64,000 nt of DNA, taken from positions 22,420-86,419 of the forward strand of contig JAFGCH010000001.1 of assembly GCA_016932695.1 (NCBI GenBank), written 5' to 3'. Under the pieces are notes generated by a model. It made no database searches. It saw nothing but the letters and a program-made list of their open reading frames with translations, and was not told the origin of the DNA. The position numbers and the translations under genes are program-made. Source of the stretch: Acidimicrobiia bacterium. Lineage in GTDB: Bacteria > Actinomycetota > Acidimicrobiia > Spongiisociales > UBA11373. This document shows positions 22,235-34,104 of this stretch, one piece after another. Position 1 is the first letter of the stretch. Every line of letters starts with the position of its first letter.

Positions 22235-23169
22235 GGGGAGAGGGTGGTCCCCGGCCCGGTCCCGGTGCCGACCGTAGTCTCCGTGCCCCCGTTCTCCAGC
22301 GGCGGCTGGACCGGCTCCTCCTCCTCCTCCGAGCCCGGCGCTCCCACCTGGTCGCTGGTGAAGACGAGCACTTTCACGTAGTCGACGCGCGACAACTCCG
22401 CTTCAGGAGCGGCCCGGGTGATGAGGGAGAAGCCGACCTCGGCCTCGGCCTTCTCGGTCACCCGGGCCACCGGGATCCCCGCCGGGAAGCGCCCATCGGC
22501 GGTTACCAGCAGGTCGCCTTCGATGAGAGCGGCCTGGGTGTTGAACATCTCCAGCTGCAGCAGGCCGCCGCCCCGCCCGGTGAGGATGCCGGTCTCACCG
22601 GTACGCTCCACCCGCACCGCGACCCGCATGGTGGGATCGGTGATGAGGCGGACGCGCGCCGAGGTCTCGGTCACCGCCACCACCCGACCCACGAGCCCAC
22701 CCTCGTCGATGACCGGCATGTCCACCGTGATGCCGTCGCGCCGGCCTTTGTCGATCAGCCGGATGGCATCGAAGTCCGAGGGGCCGGTGGCCAGCACCCG
22801 CGCCGCCACCGTGTCCAGCTCGCCCGGCGGCTCTATGGCCAGGATCTCCTCCAGCTCCTCGACCCGGCGCTGCAGGCTCTCCGTCTCGGCCAGCTGCCGT
22901 TCCAGGTCGGCCACCTGCAGCCGCAGCCGCCGGTTCTCGTCACGAATGCCGACCAGGTCGGAGAGCCCCTCGAAGAAGCCCACCACCGGGCGAGTGACGA
23001 AGGTCGCTGCCTTCTGAACCGGGGTGAAGGCCGTCTGGACCCCATCGCGCAGGGTTCCACCCAGACCCTCCCCAGAGGCACGCAGGTCGATGGTCACCAT
23101 GACCAGAGAGAGCAGCACCAGCCCGATGAAGGTGGCGGTGCTGCGATCGATGCCGGAGGGTCGCCACAT
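22231..23169 (-). CDS. mreC: Rod shape-determining protein MreC
   Basis: ATG at 23169 gives MWRPSGIDRSTATFIGLVLLSLVMV (TM anchor), then a coiled-coil and beta-rich domain. Ser/Thr/Gly-rich C-terminal tail. Confidence 0.8.
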   Translation of the reverse strand: MWRPSGIDRSTATFIGLVLLSLVMVTIDLRASGEGLGGTLRDGVQTAFTPVQKAATFVTRPVVGFFEGLSDLVGIRDENRRLRLQVADLERQLAETESLQRRVEELEEILAIEPPGELDTVAARVLATGPSDFDAIRLIDKGRRDGITVDMPVIDEGGLVGRVVAVTETSARVRLITDPTMRVAVRVERTGETGILTGRGGGLLQLEMFNTQAALIEGDLLVTADGRFPAGIPVARVTEKAEAEVGFSLITRAAPEAELSRVDYVKVLVFTSDQVGAPGSEEEEEPVQPPLENGGTETTVGTGTGPGTTLSP

Positions 23170-23209
23170 CAGCGGCCTCCCATCACAGACCCGGCCCCGG
23201 CGGGCACGG

Positions 23210-24241
23210 CTACTCCTGGCCGGTCGTGGACAGCACTTCCCGCAGCCGGTCGAACTCTTCGAGGCAGACCCCCGCCCCGAGCACGACCGTCTGCAGGGGG
23301 CGCTCGGAGGTGATGACCGGGGTCCCGGTCTCGCTGGCGATGCGCACGTCGAGGCCGCGCAGGAGTGCCCCACCGCCGGTGACCATGATGCCCCGGGCCA
23401 TGATGTCGGCGGCCAGTTCGGGGGGAGTCTTGTCGAGGCAGTACTTGACTGCGTCCACAACGGCCTGCACCGGCTCCTCGATCCCCTCGCGAATCTCCTG
23501 GGCGCTGACCACCACCGTCTTGGGCAGGCCGGTGACCAGGTCCCGCCCCCGGATCTCGGCGCTTGGCTCGTCGGAGTAGGGCCAGGCGGAGCCGATGGCC
23601 ATCTTCAACTGCTCGGCGGTGCGGTCGCCCAGCAGCAGGTTGTACTCCTTCTTGACGTAGTCGATGACGGCCTCATCGATCTCGTCCCCGGCCACCCGGA
23701 TGCTGCGAGCCACCACGATGCCGCCCAGGGCGATGACCGCCACCTCGGTGGTCCCGCCGCCCACGTCGACCACCATCGACGCGGTAGGTTCGTGGACGGG
23801 CAGGCCGCACCCGATGGCGGCCGCCATAGGCTCCTCGATGGTGTAGGCGCGACGGGCCCCGGCGTGGTAGGCGGCCTCCTCGACGGCGCGCCGCTCCACC
23901 CCGGTGATGCCGGAAGGCACGCCCACGATGATCCGCGGACGGGCCCAGCGGCGGGGCTGCACCTTCTTGATGAAGTAGCGCAGCATCTTCTCGGTGATGT
24001 CGAAGTCGGCGATGACTCCATCGCGCAACGGCCGGATGGCCTGGATGTGGGCCGGAGTGCGCCCGATCATGCGTTTTGCCTCGGCCCCTACCGCCAGGGC
24101 GCGGTGGCTGCGGGTGTCGATGGCCACCACCGACGGCTCATTGAGCACAATGCCTTGCCCGCGCACGTACACCAGGGTGTTGGCCGTGCCCAGGTCGATG
24201 GCCATATCGCGACTGGCGAGCGAAGCAATGCTCGTCATCAA
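23210..24241 (-). CDS. mreB: Rod shape-determining protein MreB (actin homologue)
   Basis: DMAIDLGTANTLVYV..., DVGGGTTEVAVI and IMVTGGGALLRGLD are actin/Hsp70 fold signatures. Confidence 0.9.
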   Translation of the reverse strand: MMTSIASLASRDMAIDLGTANTLVYVRGQGIVLNEPSVVAIDTRSHRALAVGAEAKRMIGRTPAHIQAIRPLRDGVIADFDITEKMLRYFIKKVQPRRWARPRIIVGVPSGITGVERRAVEEAAYHAGARRAYTIEEPMAAAIGCGLPVHEPTASMVVDVGGGTTEVAVIALGGIVVARSIRVAGDEIDEAVIDYVKKEYNLLLGDRTAEQLKMAIGSAWPYSDEPSAEIRGRDLVTGLPKTVVVSAQEIREGIEEPVQAVVDAVKYCLDKTPPELAADIMARGIMVTGGGALLRGLDVRIASETGTPVITSERPLQTVVLGAGVCLEEFDRLREVLSTTGQE

Positions 24242-24274
24242 GGCCCCCGTTGGATCAGCGCTGAGTCTACCGCC

Positions 24275-24679
24275 TCACCCAAAGAACAGCCCCAGTTCGC
24301 GTTCGGCGCTGGCCGGGGAGTCGGACCCGTGCACGATGTTCTCCGTCACCACCAGGCCGAAGTCGCCCCGGATGGTGCCCGGCAGCGCCTTCTTGGGGTC
24401 GGTCACCCCCATGAGCCCCCGGGTCACTTCGACGGCCTCCTCCCCCTCCCACTCCATGGCCAGCACCGGCCCGCTGGTGATGAACGCCTCGAGATCCGAG
24501 TAGAAGTCCTTGCCCACGTGCTCGGCGTAGTGGCGCGAGGCCAGGTCGGCGTCGACGGTGAGCATCCGGGCCCGGGTGAGCCGCAAGCCCTTGCGCTCCA
24601 GACGGGAGACCACCTCCCCCACCAGGCCGCGACGCACCCCGTCGGGCTTCACCATCACGAAAGTCCTCTGCACGGCCAC
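24275..24679 (-). CDS. ndk: Nucleoside diphosphate kinase
   Basis: GTG start after [36 protein letters not shown]...NIVHGSDS is the Ndk active-site region. Confidence 0.9.
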   Translation of the reverse strand: MAVQRTFVMVKPDGVRRGLVGEVVSRLERKGLRLTRARMLTVDADLASRHYAEHVGKDFYSDLEAFITSGPVLAMEWEGEEAVEVTRGLMGVTDPKKALPGTIRGDFGLVVTENIVHGSDSPASAERELGLFFG

Positions 24680-24759
24680 GCCGCCCTCCTCGCTCCTGGT
24701 CGGCCCCGCGATGGTAACGCCCGCCGGAGAGCTTCCCGGGCGGCCCCGGTGAACCGCTC

Positions 24760-26058
24760 TCAGGCAGCAGGCCCCAGACCCAGGGCCCCCAGGGCCCCCC
24801 GGGCCTCCCCCACCACGTACAGCGAACCGGTGACCAGCACCGGCATGCCCGAGGCGAGGGCCGCCGCCACGGCCGCTCCCACCGAACCGTAGGAGAACAC
24901 CGGCACCGCGGCGGCCTCTGCCGCCAGGGCGGCGACCTCCGCGGCGGAACGGGCCCGTTCGCTGCCCGCAGCGCGCGCGGTGTGGAAGGAGGCCGCGGCA
25001 GGAGCGAGCGACTCGAGCATGGCCGGCACGTCCTTGTCGGACATCGCCCCGAAGACCACCGCCCACCTGGTCGTGGGGAAACCCTCGGCCAGGGCGGCGG
25101 CCAGGGCGGCACTCCCTTCGGGGTTGTGAGCCCCGTCGAGCAGCACCGGCGGGTCCCGCCGCACCACCTCCATGCGACCCGGGGAGCGGGCGGCGGCGGC
25201 GGCTTCGATCACCCCGTCCGGGTCGAGGGCCCGGCCGAAAAAAGCCTCCACCGCCGCCACCGCCACCGCCAGGTTGGCCGTCTGGTGGCGTCCCAACAAC
25301 GGCAGCCGCACCTCCGAATACGCCCGGTAGACCCCTTCCAGGTCTACCAGCCATCCGCCCACGGCGCGCTGCGCCTGGGTCACCGCGAAGTCCGCCCCCA
25401 GCCGCAGCCAAGCGGACCCGCCGGCGGCGGCCTGCTCCCCCGCCACCTCCAACGCCTCCGCGGGCAGGTTCCCGGTGACCAGGGTCCGGCCCGGCCTCAG
25501 GATGGCCGCCTTCTCGCCGGCGATGGCCGCCAAGGTGTCCCCCAGGTACTGGGTGTGCTCCAGGGAGATCGAGGTGATCACGGCCACCTCGGCATCCAGC
25601 ACGTTCGTGGCGTCGAGGCGCCCCCCCAGACCCACCTCGACCACGGCGGCGTCCACCGCCCGGGCAGCGAACCAGCTGAAGGCCAGCGCCGCGGTCAGTT
25701 CGAAGTAGGTGATGCCGTCCCCGGTGCGGGCCTCGTACAACTCGGCGAAGGGCAGCACGTCCTCGAGGGCCGGGCCCAGCTCCTCCGCCCGCATCCGCTC
25801 CCCCGCCACCTCGAAGCGCTCCTCCACCACCTGCAGATGCGGCGAGGTGAACAGGCCGGGCTTCAGGCCGTGGGCGGCCAGCAACCCCGCGACCAGCCGG
25901 GCGGTGGTGGTCTTGCCGTTGCTGCCGGCGATGTGGATGGCCGGGTAGCCGCCATGCGGATCCCCCATCAGGCCCAGCAGGCCGACGATGCGCTCGGTGC
26001 CCGGCTTCACCCCGCGGCCGATGTGCCGGTCCAAGCAGGCGAGCGCGGCCGGGTAGTC
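24760..26058 (-). CDS. folC: Folylpolyglutamate synthase / dihydrofolate synthase
   Basis: Mur ligase family; P-loop [12 protein letters not shown]. The frame stays open upstream into valS, so the exact start is unresolved. Confidence 0.75.
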   Translation of the reverse strand, partial: DYPAALACLDRHIGRGVKPGTERIVGLLGLMGDPHGGYPAIHIAGSNGKTTTARLVAGLLAAHGLKPGLFTSPHLQVVEERFEVAGERMRAEELGPALEDVLPFAELYEARTGDGITYFELTAALAFSWFAARAVDAAVVEVGLGGRLDATNVLDAEVAVITSISLEHTQYLGDTLAAIAGEKAAILRPGRTLVTGNLPAEALEVAGEQAAAGGSAWLRLGADFAVTQAQRAVGGWLVDLEGVYRAYSEVRLPLLGRHQTANLAVAVAAVEAFFGRALDPDGVIEAAAAARSPGRMEVVRRDPPVLLDGAHNPEGSAALAAALAEGFPTTRWAVVFGAMSDKDVPAMLESLAPAAASFHTARAAGSERARSAAEVAALAAEAAAVPVFSYGSVGAAVAAALASGMPVLVTGSLYVVGEARGALGALGLGPAA

Positions 26059-26065
26059 CGTGGGG

Positions 26066-28660
26066 CTACTCCAGGTCGCTGAGTTGGGCGCGCAACTTGG
26101 CGAGGCGTGCCGCGACCTCCGCGGCGCGGCTCCGCTCCTTTTCCACCACAGCTGGAGGCGCCTTTTCGACGAACTGCGGGTTGGCCAGCTTGGCCTCCAC
26201 GCCGGCCAGCAAATCCTCGGCATCGGCGATGGCTCGGGCGAGCCGATCTCGCTCCGTTGCCGCATCGGCGGCGCCTGCCAGGGACACGAAGGCCTGCAGC
26301 GGACCGACCACCAGTCGGGTCCACCCCTCGCCACCGGCTCCTGGAGTGCCCCATTCCGGGCTGACGGCGGCCAGGTTCTCCAGCTGCCCCTGCCACCACG
26401 GGGCGGCGATGCCCTCAGGATCGGCCACGGTCACCTGTAGCGGGTGACGCGGGGCCAGCCCGTGCTCGGCGCGGAAGCGCCGAATCTCCCCCACCATTTC
26501 CTGGAAGACGGCGAAGCCGGCGGGAGCCTCATACGAAGGCGGGGCGGGCCAGGACGCGGTAGCCGCGAAGCCCTCGCCCACCAAGTGGGACCACAGCTCC
26601 TCGGTGACGAAAGGCATGATGGGGTGCAGCAGAGCCAGCAGATCCCGCAGCACCACGCCCAGGGTGCGGGCCACCGTGCCGGGGTCGTCGCGGCGCAAGG
26701 GAGCCTTGGCCAGCTCCAGGAACCAGTCACAGACCTCGGCCCAGGCGAAGTTGTAGAGCAGCCCGTAGGCGTCGTTGAGCCGGTACTCCTCGAATAGCTC
26801 GTCGAAGCGGGCGGTCACCTCGTGCAGGCGGGCCAGGATCCAGCGCTCCTCCGGTGACGGGTTTGCGGGATAGCCCCCGGCGGAGGGAACGCCCGCCGCT
26901 GCTGTGTAGCGCAGGCCGAAGCGCACCGCGTTCCACAGCTTGTTGCCGAAGCGGCGGGCCGCTTCGACCTGCTCGAACTGGAAGGGCACGGTGTCGTGCC
27001 CGGGCACCGCCGCCAGGATCAGCGACAGCCGCAAAGCGTCGGCCCCGTGCTCCGCCACCAGGTCGAGGGGATCGATGGCGTTCCCCAGGGACTTGGACAT
27101 CTTCCGCTTGTCGGGCGCCTGGATGAGGCCGTGGATGGCTACGTCGGCGAAGGGCACATCGCTGGTGAAGTGGAGCCCCATCTTGATCATGCGGGCCACC
27201 CAGAAGTAGATGATGTCGTAAGCCGTCACCAGGACGGCGTTGGGGTAGAAGGCCTGCATGTCGGGGGTGTCGTCGGGCCAGCCCAGGGTGGAGAAGGGCC
27301 ACAGGGCCGAGGAGAACCAGGTGTCGAGGACGTCCTCCTCCTGGCGCAGGGCGGTGGCACCGCAGGCACAAGCCGCCGGAGCCTCCAGCGCCACCATCAC
27401 CGCGGCGCAGGCGTCGCAGTACCAGGCGGGGATGCGGTGCCCCCACCAGATCTGCCGGGAGATCGTCCAGTCCCGCAGGTTCTCCATCCAGTGGAAGTAG
27501 TGCTTCTCCCACCGCGGGGGGACGAACCGCACCCGGCCGGCGCGCACCGCCTCCAGGGCCGGCTCCACCAGGGGCCGCACCTTCACGAACCACTGCTCCG
27601 ACAGGTAGGGCTCCACCATGGTGCCGCAGCGATAGCAGTGGCCCACGGCGTGGCGATGCTCCTCGACCCGGCGCAGCGCCCCGGCGTCGGCCAGGGCTTC
27701 CTTGACCGCCAGGCGGGCGTCGAAGCGGTCCATCCCGGCGAATTGGCCGCCGGCCGAGGTGACCACCGCCTCTTCGTCGAGCACGGTGATCGCCGGCAGG
27801 CCCGCCCGTTCGGCGATCTCGAAATCGGTGGGATCGTGGGCCGGGGTCACCTTCACCGCCCCCGTGCCAAAGGAGGGGTCGACCACGGGGTCGCCCACAA
27901 TGGGGATCTCCCGCCCCACCAGGGGCAGGCGCAGATGGCGCCCGATGAGGCCGCGATAGCGCTCATCGTCGGGGTGCACCGCCACCGCGGTGTCGCCGAG
28001 CATGGTTTCCGCCCGGGTGGTGGCCACTTCGACGCCACCCTCCCCATCGGCGAAGGGGTACTCGATGTAGACCAGTTCGCCGGTGACGTCCTCGTGTTCG
28101 ACTTCGATGTCGCTGAGGGCGGTGTGGCAACGGGGGCACCAGTTGATCACCCGGCGGCCCCGGTAGATCACCCCTTCCTCGTAGAGGCGCACGAAGACGG
28201 TCCGCACCGCCCGGGAGAGCCCCTCGTCCATGGTGAAGCGCTCCCGGCTCCAGTCGCAGGAGAACCCCAGGCGCCGCATCTGCTCGGAGATGCGCCCCCC
28301 GTGGCGGTACTTCCATTCCCACACCCGCTCGATGAAAGCCTCCCGCCCCAGGTGATGCCGGGTGAGGCCCTCCCCGGCGAGCTGGCGTTCCACTACGTTC
28401 TGCGTGGCGATGCCGGCGTGGTCGGTGCCGGGGACCCACAGGGCGGCGTAACCCTGCATCCGTTTGCGGCGGATCAGGGCGTCCTGGATGGCCATGTTTA
28501 GAGCGTGGCCCATGTGCAGCGAGCCCGTCACGTTGGGAGGCGGGATGACGATGCAGTAGGGCGGGCCGTTGGGGTTCTGCTCAGGGCGAAAGACGCCGGC
28601 GGACTCCCAGCGGGAGTACCAGTCTGCCTCGACCTTGTGCGGGTCGTACGCCGGATCCAT
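26066..28660 (-). CDS. valS: Valyl-tRNA synthetase
   Basis: HIGH motif PPPNVTGSLHMGHA and KMSKS motif KMSKSLGN; coiled-coil C-terminus. The probable start is the ATG giving MDPAYDPHKVEADWY, with GAAGGG 5 nt upstream. The track uses a GTG four codons earlier. Confidence 0.9.
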   Translation of the reverse strand: MDPAYDPHKVEADWYSRWESAGVFRPEQNPNGPPYCIVIPPPNVTGSLHMGHALNMAIQDALIRRKRMQGYAALWVPGTDHAGIATQNVVERQLAGEGLTRHHLGREAFIERVWEWKYRHGGRISEQMRRLGFSCDWSRERFTMDEGLSRAVRTVFVRLYEEGVIYRGRRVINWCPRCHTALSDIEVEHEDVTGELVYIEYPFADGEGGVEVATTRAETMLGDTAVAVHPDDERYRGLIGRHLRLPLVGREIPIVGDPVVDPSFGTGAVKVTPAHDPTDFEIAERAGLPAITVLDEEAVVTSAGGQFAGMDRFDARLAVKEALADAGALRRVEEHRHAVGHCYRCGTMVEPYLSEQWFVKVRPLVEPALEAVRAGRVRFVPPRWEKHYFHWMENLRDWTISRQIWWGHRIPAWYCDACAAVMVALEAPAACACGATALRQEEDVLDTWFSSALWPFSTLGWPDDTPDMQAFYPNAVLVTAYDIIYFWVARMIKMGLHFTSDVPFADVAIHGLIQAPDKRKMSKSLGNAIDPLDLVAEHGADALRLSLILAAVPGHDTVPFQFEQVEAARRFGNKLWNAVRFGLRYTAAAGVPSAGGYPANPSPEERWILARLHEVTARFDELFEEYRLNDAYGLLYNFAWAEVCDWFLELAKAPLRRDDPGTVARTLGVVLRDLLALLHPIMPFVTEELWSHLVGEGFAATASWPAPPSYEAPAGFAVFQEMVGEIRRFRAEHGLAPRHPLQVTVADPEGIAAPWWQGQLENLAAVSPEWGTPGAGGEGWTRLVVGPLQAFVSLAGAADAATERDRLARAIADAEDLLAGVEAKLANPQFVEKAPPAVVEKERSRAAEVAARLAKLRAQLSDLE

Positions 28661-28700
28661 CGAGCCCTTCACCCATGGTGCGCCGCATCATAGAGGCGCC

Positions 28701-28736
28701 GAAAAGGAGGAAGGCCGGTGCGTCGGCACCGGCCTT
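28701..28736 (-). terminator. Intrinsic-terminator-like hairpin in the valS 5' leader (candidate attenuator)
   Basis: On the valS-sense RNA: AAGGCCGGUGC-CGAC-GCACCGGCCUU (11-bp stem) followed by CCUCCUUUUCGG. It sits about 40 nt upstream of the valS start. Confidence 0.4.
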
Positions 28737-29289
28737 CACCCCCATCCTCGCCCCGGGCGGGGACCGGCGCCCCGGGCGATGGCTTCCTCCCCAGACCTGC
28801 GGCCACCCTACGCCGCGTTAGGCCCCACCTCAACCACTTTCCGTGGGCGAGGCTCGCCATTTGCTGGAACCAGGGGTGACTAGTCAGTCATCGAGAGCGA
28901 GAGCGGCCCCCAGGCACCGCCGGCCCGCTCGTCCCAAGGTGAGCCGAAGCGGCGCCGCTACCCTTTACCGCCCGCCCGCCCCGGTTCCCCTGCCACGGCC
29001 GGGCGGGGACGCCCGCCGAGGGGTCGACGTGCCACAGCAGAGCCGCGGTTGCGCCACACCCGACGTAGTCCCTTTCGCCGTCTTCCTGGCGCAGCGCGTC
29101 GGAGCCGTTCGTGTTCTCTCCGTAGGGGATGCCTTCACCCTCGACGGCATCGAGGTACCCCCTTCCCTCGAGCTCGAGCCGTCTCCCCACGCGCCTCTGC
29201 TACCTGCACCCCCTCCCCTCCCCCCATCGGCGGAATCCGGCACACCCCTGCAGCATGGCCGGCCGCAGGGAGACCCATGGGAAGAGACG

Positions 29290-30386
29290 GTGCTAGTCGC
29301 CCCGGCCGACGGCAGCCGGGTGAGTTGGGACGAACTGGCCTCCCTGACCCGGCGGGCCCGGCTGACCGTGCTGGCAACTCCCCCCGGCCGCGCCCGTCAT
29401 GCTGCCGCCGCTCTGGGCGCCCGGGGCCTCGCTCCCGCCCTCGTGGGGCGTACTCGCGACGACGACTCGGAGGCGCCTACACGGGAAACCGGGGTACTGC
29501 TCTACGAAGGACCGCCCCGTCCCCTCACCCCCCAGGGGCTCGACACCCCGCAGGACTTCACCGTGGTGGCGTTCGTCACGACCTACAACGAGGAGGACAT
29601 CATCGGGGCCACCCTGGCCGACCTGATCGCCGAGGGGGTCACCCCCTACGTAATCGACAACTGGTCCACCGATCACACTTGGGAGGTGGTCTCCGCTTTC
29701 GAGGAGGCGGGCCTGGCGGGCAGAGAACGCCATCCCCCGGAAGGGCCCCCCGACTACTACGACCTCCACGCCCTCCTACGGCGAGTGGAGTCTCTCTCCC
29801 AGACCCTGCCCAGCGACTGGTTCATCAAACACGACGCCGACGAGATCCGGCGCAGTCCCTGGCCAGGGGTCACCTTGCGGGACGCCTTGTACCGGGTGCA
29901 GGCAGCGGGATACAACTGCGCCGACTTCACCGTCCTCAACTTCCCCCCGACCGACGACTCCTTCCTTCCCGGCTCCCGCCCTGCGGACCGCTTTCGGTAC
30001 TTCGAGTTCGGCACCAACCGGCCCTACTTCCGCCAGCTCAAGGCATGGCAGAGCCTGGGCCACCGCATCGAGTATGCCTCCACCGGCGGGCACGAGGCCC
30101 GCTTCCCAGGCCGCCGGGTCTTCCCCTACAAGTTCCTCAACCGGCACTACCCGATTCGCTCTCAGCAGCATGGGGAGCGCAAGGTGTTTCGGGAGCGCCA
30201 AGGTCGCTTCCTCCCTGAGGCCCGCGCCCGAGGCTGGCACCGACAGTACGACGAGATGCGGCCCGGGCATCAGTTCCGGCGCGACCCCGAATCCCTGCTT
30301 CGGTTCGATGAGGCAACCTTCGCTCGGGACTACCTGGTGGAGCGGCTCAGCGGTGTCGGCCTACCGCGCCGCCCCCGCGGCGCCCG

Positions 30387-30390
<4 letters not shown>
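29290..30390 (+). CDS. Glycosyltransferase family 2 protein
   Basis: GT2 signature [23 protein letters not shown]...[14 protein letters not shown] begins about 29560 and runs to the C-terminus. The track ORF begins at 28843, but the first about 150 codons are Pro/Arg-rich low complexity. The start was set at the in-frame GTG at 29290 and is uncertain. Confidence 0.5.
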
Positions 30391-31655
<1,265 letters not shown>

Positions 31656-31672
31656 CGCAGGCCTCGCTCCCC

Positions 31673-32287
31673 TCAGTCCACGGCCCGGAGCTTACGGGCG
31701 GCCAGAACCTCGTCGACCGCCCCGTAGCTCTTGGCCTCTTCCGCCGTCATCCAGAAGTCGCGGTCGGTGTCGGTGCGGATCTTCTCGAGCGCCTGGCCGG
31801 TGTGGTAGGCCAGGATCTGGTTCATCTCCTCTTTGACCCGGATGATCTCGCGAGCGTGGATCTCGATGTCGGTCGCCTGGCCTTCGAGGGCGCTGATGTG
31901 CGGCTGGTGCAGCATCACCCGGGAGTGGGGCAGGGCGAAGCGCTTCCCCTTAGCCCCCGCCGCCAGCAGCACCGCCGCCGCCGAAGCCGCCTGGCCCATG
32001 CAGTAGGTGGCGACATCGGGCTTGATGAAGTTCATGGTGTCGTAGATGGCCATCAGCGAGGTCATCACGCCGCCCGGGGAGTTGATGTAGAGAGCGATGT
32101 CCTTATCGGGATCTTCCCCCTCGAGGTGGAGCAATTGGGCCATGATCACGTTGGCCACCGTGTCGTCGATGGGGGTGCCCAGGAAGATGATGCGCTCTTT
32201 GAGCAAGCGGCTGTAGATGTCGTAGGCCCGCTCGCCGCGGCTCGTCTGCTCTACGACGGTGGGCACCAGGTAGCTGTCGATGGTCAA
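31673..32287 (-). CDS. clpP: ATP-dependent Clp protease proteolytic subunit
   Basis: [23 protein letters not shown]...[11 protein letters not shown]...MLHQP is the ClpP catalytic triad region. Confidence 0.95.
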   Translation of the reverse strand: MTIDSYLVPTVVEQTSRGERAYDIYSRLLKERIIFLGTPIDDTVANVIMAQLLHLEGEDPDKDIALYINSPGGVMTSLMAIYDTMNFIKPDVATYCMGQAASAAAVLLAAGAKGKRFALPHSRVMLHQPHISALEGQATDIEIHAREIIRVKEEMNQILAYHTGQALEKIRTDTDRDFWMTAEEAKSYGAVDEVLAARKLRAVD

Positions 32288-33688
32288 CTCTCCACCTCCG
32301 TCGGCTCCGCCGGATCATCCTGTTCGTCCGATTCGGCCGCCTCCCCTCCCGGGCCGGAAGCGGCCGTTCCGGCATCAAGAGCCGGGAACTCGATCTCTTG
32401 GCCATCGGCGTCGACCGCCACCGCCAACTCGAGGAGGCGGTCCACTGCCCTGCGGCGCAGGATATCACCGGCCAGTACCTTTCCCCCGCCACCCTCCGCC
32501 AGGGCTCGCTTGTAGGCGGCAGGGGCCATCCCGGCCTCGGCGGCGAGGGCATTGATCGCTCCCTCCAGATCCTCGTCGCTCACCTCGATCCCCTCGGCCC
32601 GAGCTACGGCTTCGAGCAGGAGCCGGGTGCGCAGGTTGAGCACCGCCTGCGAGCGCGCATCGGCAACCAGCATCTCGGCGCTCTGCCCGGTAGCGGCCAG
32701 GTACTGCTCGATGGTCACCTTGCGGGCCTCCAAGCGGTGGGCGAAGCGATGCAGCACGGCGTCGGCCTCGGCGTCGATGAGGTCGGCGGGAAGCTGCAGA
32801 TCGAGTTCGTCGCGCAGCTGGTCCAGTAGCCGCTCCTCGAACTCCACCCGGGCCGCCCCCAGCCGCAGGCGCCGCAACTCCTCCCCCAGCGCCGATCGCA
32901 TCTCGGCCACCGAGGAGAACTCGGAAACCTCGTCGACCCATTCGTCGGTAAGCTCGGGCAGGCGGCGGGCTTTCACCTGCTTCACCAACACCCGGGCGTC
33001 GACCGCCTTGCCCCCCTCGTCCCCCATCCCCTTGGGCAAGGTGGTGGAGAACTCCACGATGTCGCCGGCCTGCTTGCCGCGCAGTGCCTCGCCGAGGCCC
33101 TCTAGGAAGCCCCCCGACCCCACTTCGACGAGCAGGTCGGTGGCCGACCCGGCGGCCACCTCGGCATCTCCCGAGCGGGTGCGCACGTCGATGAGTGAGA
33201 AATCGCCGTCGTCCCCGGGGCGGGCGACGTCCTCCAACTCGGCGAAGCGCAACCGCATGCGCTCGATATGAGCCTCGACGTCGCCATCTGACACCGCCGG
33301 CGAGTCCACCACCATGCGGCGTCCCCGGTATTCGGGCAGACCGGTGATCTCCGGCCACAGGGTCACCCTGACATCGGCCTCGAAACCGTCGGCGGTGTCG
33401 CGCACTGCCGTCACCCGAGGGGTGACGGCCGGCTCGAGCCCCGCCTCCTCCACCGCAGCGGACACGGCCACGGGCAGCGCCTCGTCGACGGCCTCGCGTC
33501 GCATGGTCTCGGGCCCCACCACCGACTCCACGAGGCGCTGAGGGGCCTTGCCCGGGCGAAACCCCTTGACCTTGACCTCCCGAGAGAGCCGCCGTGCCGC
33601 CCGGGCTTTGGCCGCCTCGAAGGCGGCCGCATCCACGGTGATGGTCAGCAGGCGCTCGGCGGGATTCGGCTCGCCGACTTCGGTCACT
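32284..33688 (-). CDS. tig: Trigger factor
   Basis: N-terminal ribosome-binding domain with GFRPGKAP, PPIase and C-terminal arms, acidic tail. GTG start at 33688 is 7 nt after GGGAAGG. It overlaps the clpP start. Confidence 0.85.
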
Positions 33689-33742
33689 TGTATCACCTTC
33701 CCGACGCGAACGACGAGGCGGACCCGCCGCCTCGCTCCTAGG

Positions 33743-33816
33743 GTGACCGAGGGGACTCGAACCCCCGACCTCCAGGGCCACAACCTGGCGCTCTAACCAT
33801 CTGAGCTACGGCCACC
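33743..33816 (-). tRNA. tRNA-His(GTG)
   Basis: The reverse complement G-GTGGCCGTAGCTCAGATGGTTAGAGCGCCAGGTTGTGGCCCTGGAGGTCGGGGGTTCGAGTCCCCTCGGTCACC has anticodon loop TTGTGGC and the His-specific extra 5' G. Confidence 0.85.
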
Positions 33817-33829
33817 ATGCGGGGCCCGG

Positions 33830-33902
33830 CGCCCCCGGAGGGATTCGAACCCCCGCCCAAGAGCTTAGAAGGCTCCTGCTCTGTCCACTGAGCTACGGGG
33901 GC
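33830..33902 (-). tRNA. tRNA-Arg(TCT)
   Basis: The reverse complement GCCCCCGTAGCTCAGTGGACAGAGCAGGAGCCTTCTAAGCTCTTGGGCGGGGGTTCGAATCCCTCCGGGGGCG has anticodon loop CTTCTAA. Confidence 0.85.
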
Positions 33903-33923
33903 TTGTCGGCACCGGTGCCCTCG

Positions 33924-33994
33924 AGCGGGTGAGGGGAATCGAACCCCCACCGCCAGCTTGGAAGGCTGGAGCTCTGCCATTGAGCTACACCCGC
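33924..33994 (-). tRNA. tRNA-Gly(TCC)
   Basis: The reverse complement GCGGGTGTAGCTCAATGGCAGAGCTCCAGCCTTCCAAGCTGGCGGTGGGGGTTCGATTCCCCTCACCCGCT has anticodon loop CTTCCAA and discriminator U. Confidence 0.85.
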
Positions 33995-34023
33995 CGGTGG
34001 CCGGGGCAGCATAGCCCGCGGCG

Positions 34024-34097
34024 TCGGGCTGGCCGGATTCGAACCGGCGACCCCCTGCTCCCAAAGCAGGTGCGCTGCCAAGCTGCGCTACAGCCCG
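34024..34097 (-). tRNA. tRNA-Pro(TGG)
   Basis: The reverse complement CGGGCTGTAGCGCAGCTTGGCAGCGCACCTGCTTTGGGAGCAGGGGGTCGCCGGTTCGAATCCGGCCAGCCCGA has anticodon loop TTTGGGA and discriminator A. Confidence 0.85.
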
Positions 34098-34104
34098 TTC
34101 CCCG

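Noticed and set aside
24267-25411. Long ORFs upstream of and in frame with ndk
   Set aside because: They overlap folC in another frame. ndk begins at the GTG after a GGAGG RBS.
28795-28820. T-box motif match UAGGGUGGCCGC
   Set aside because: It is only a partial match to AGGGUGGNACCGCG, missing 2 nt, in a GC-rich background. It was kept as a hypothesis within the valS leader finding, not called as a feature.
28843-29289. N-terminal about 150 codons of the GT2 ORF
   Set aside because: It is Pro/Arg-rich low complexity with no domain signal, and was treated as non-coding upstream sequence, although uncertainty remains.
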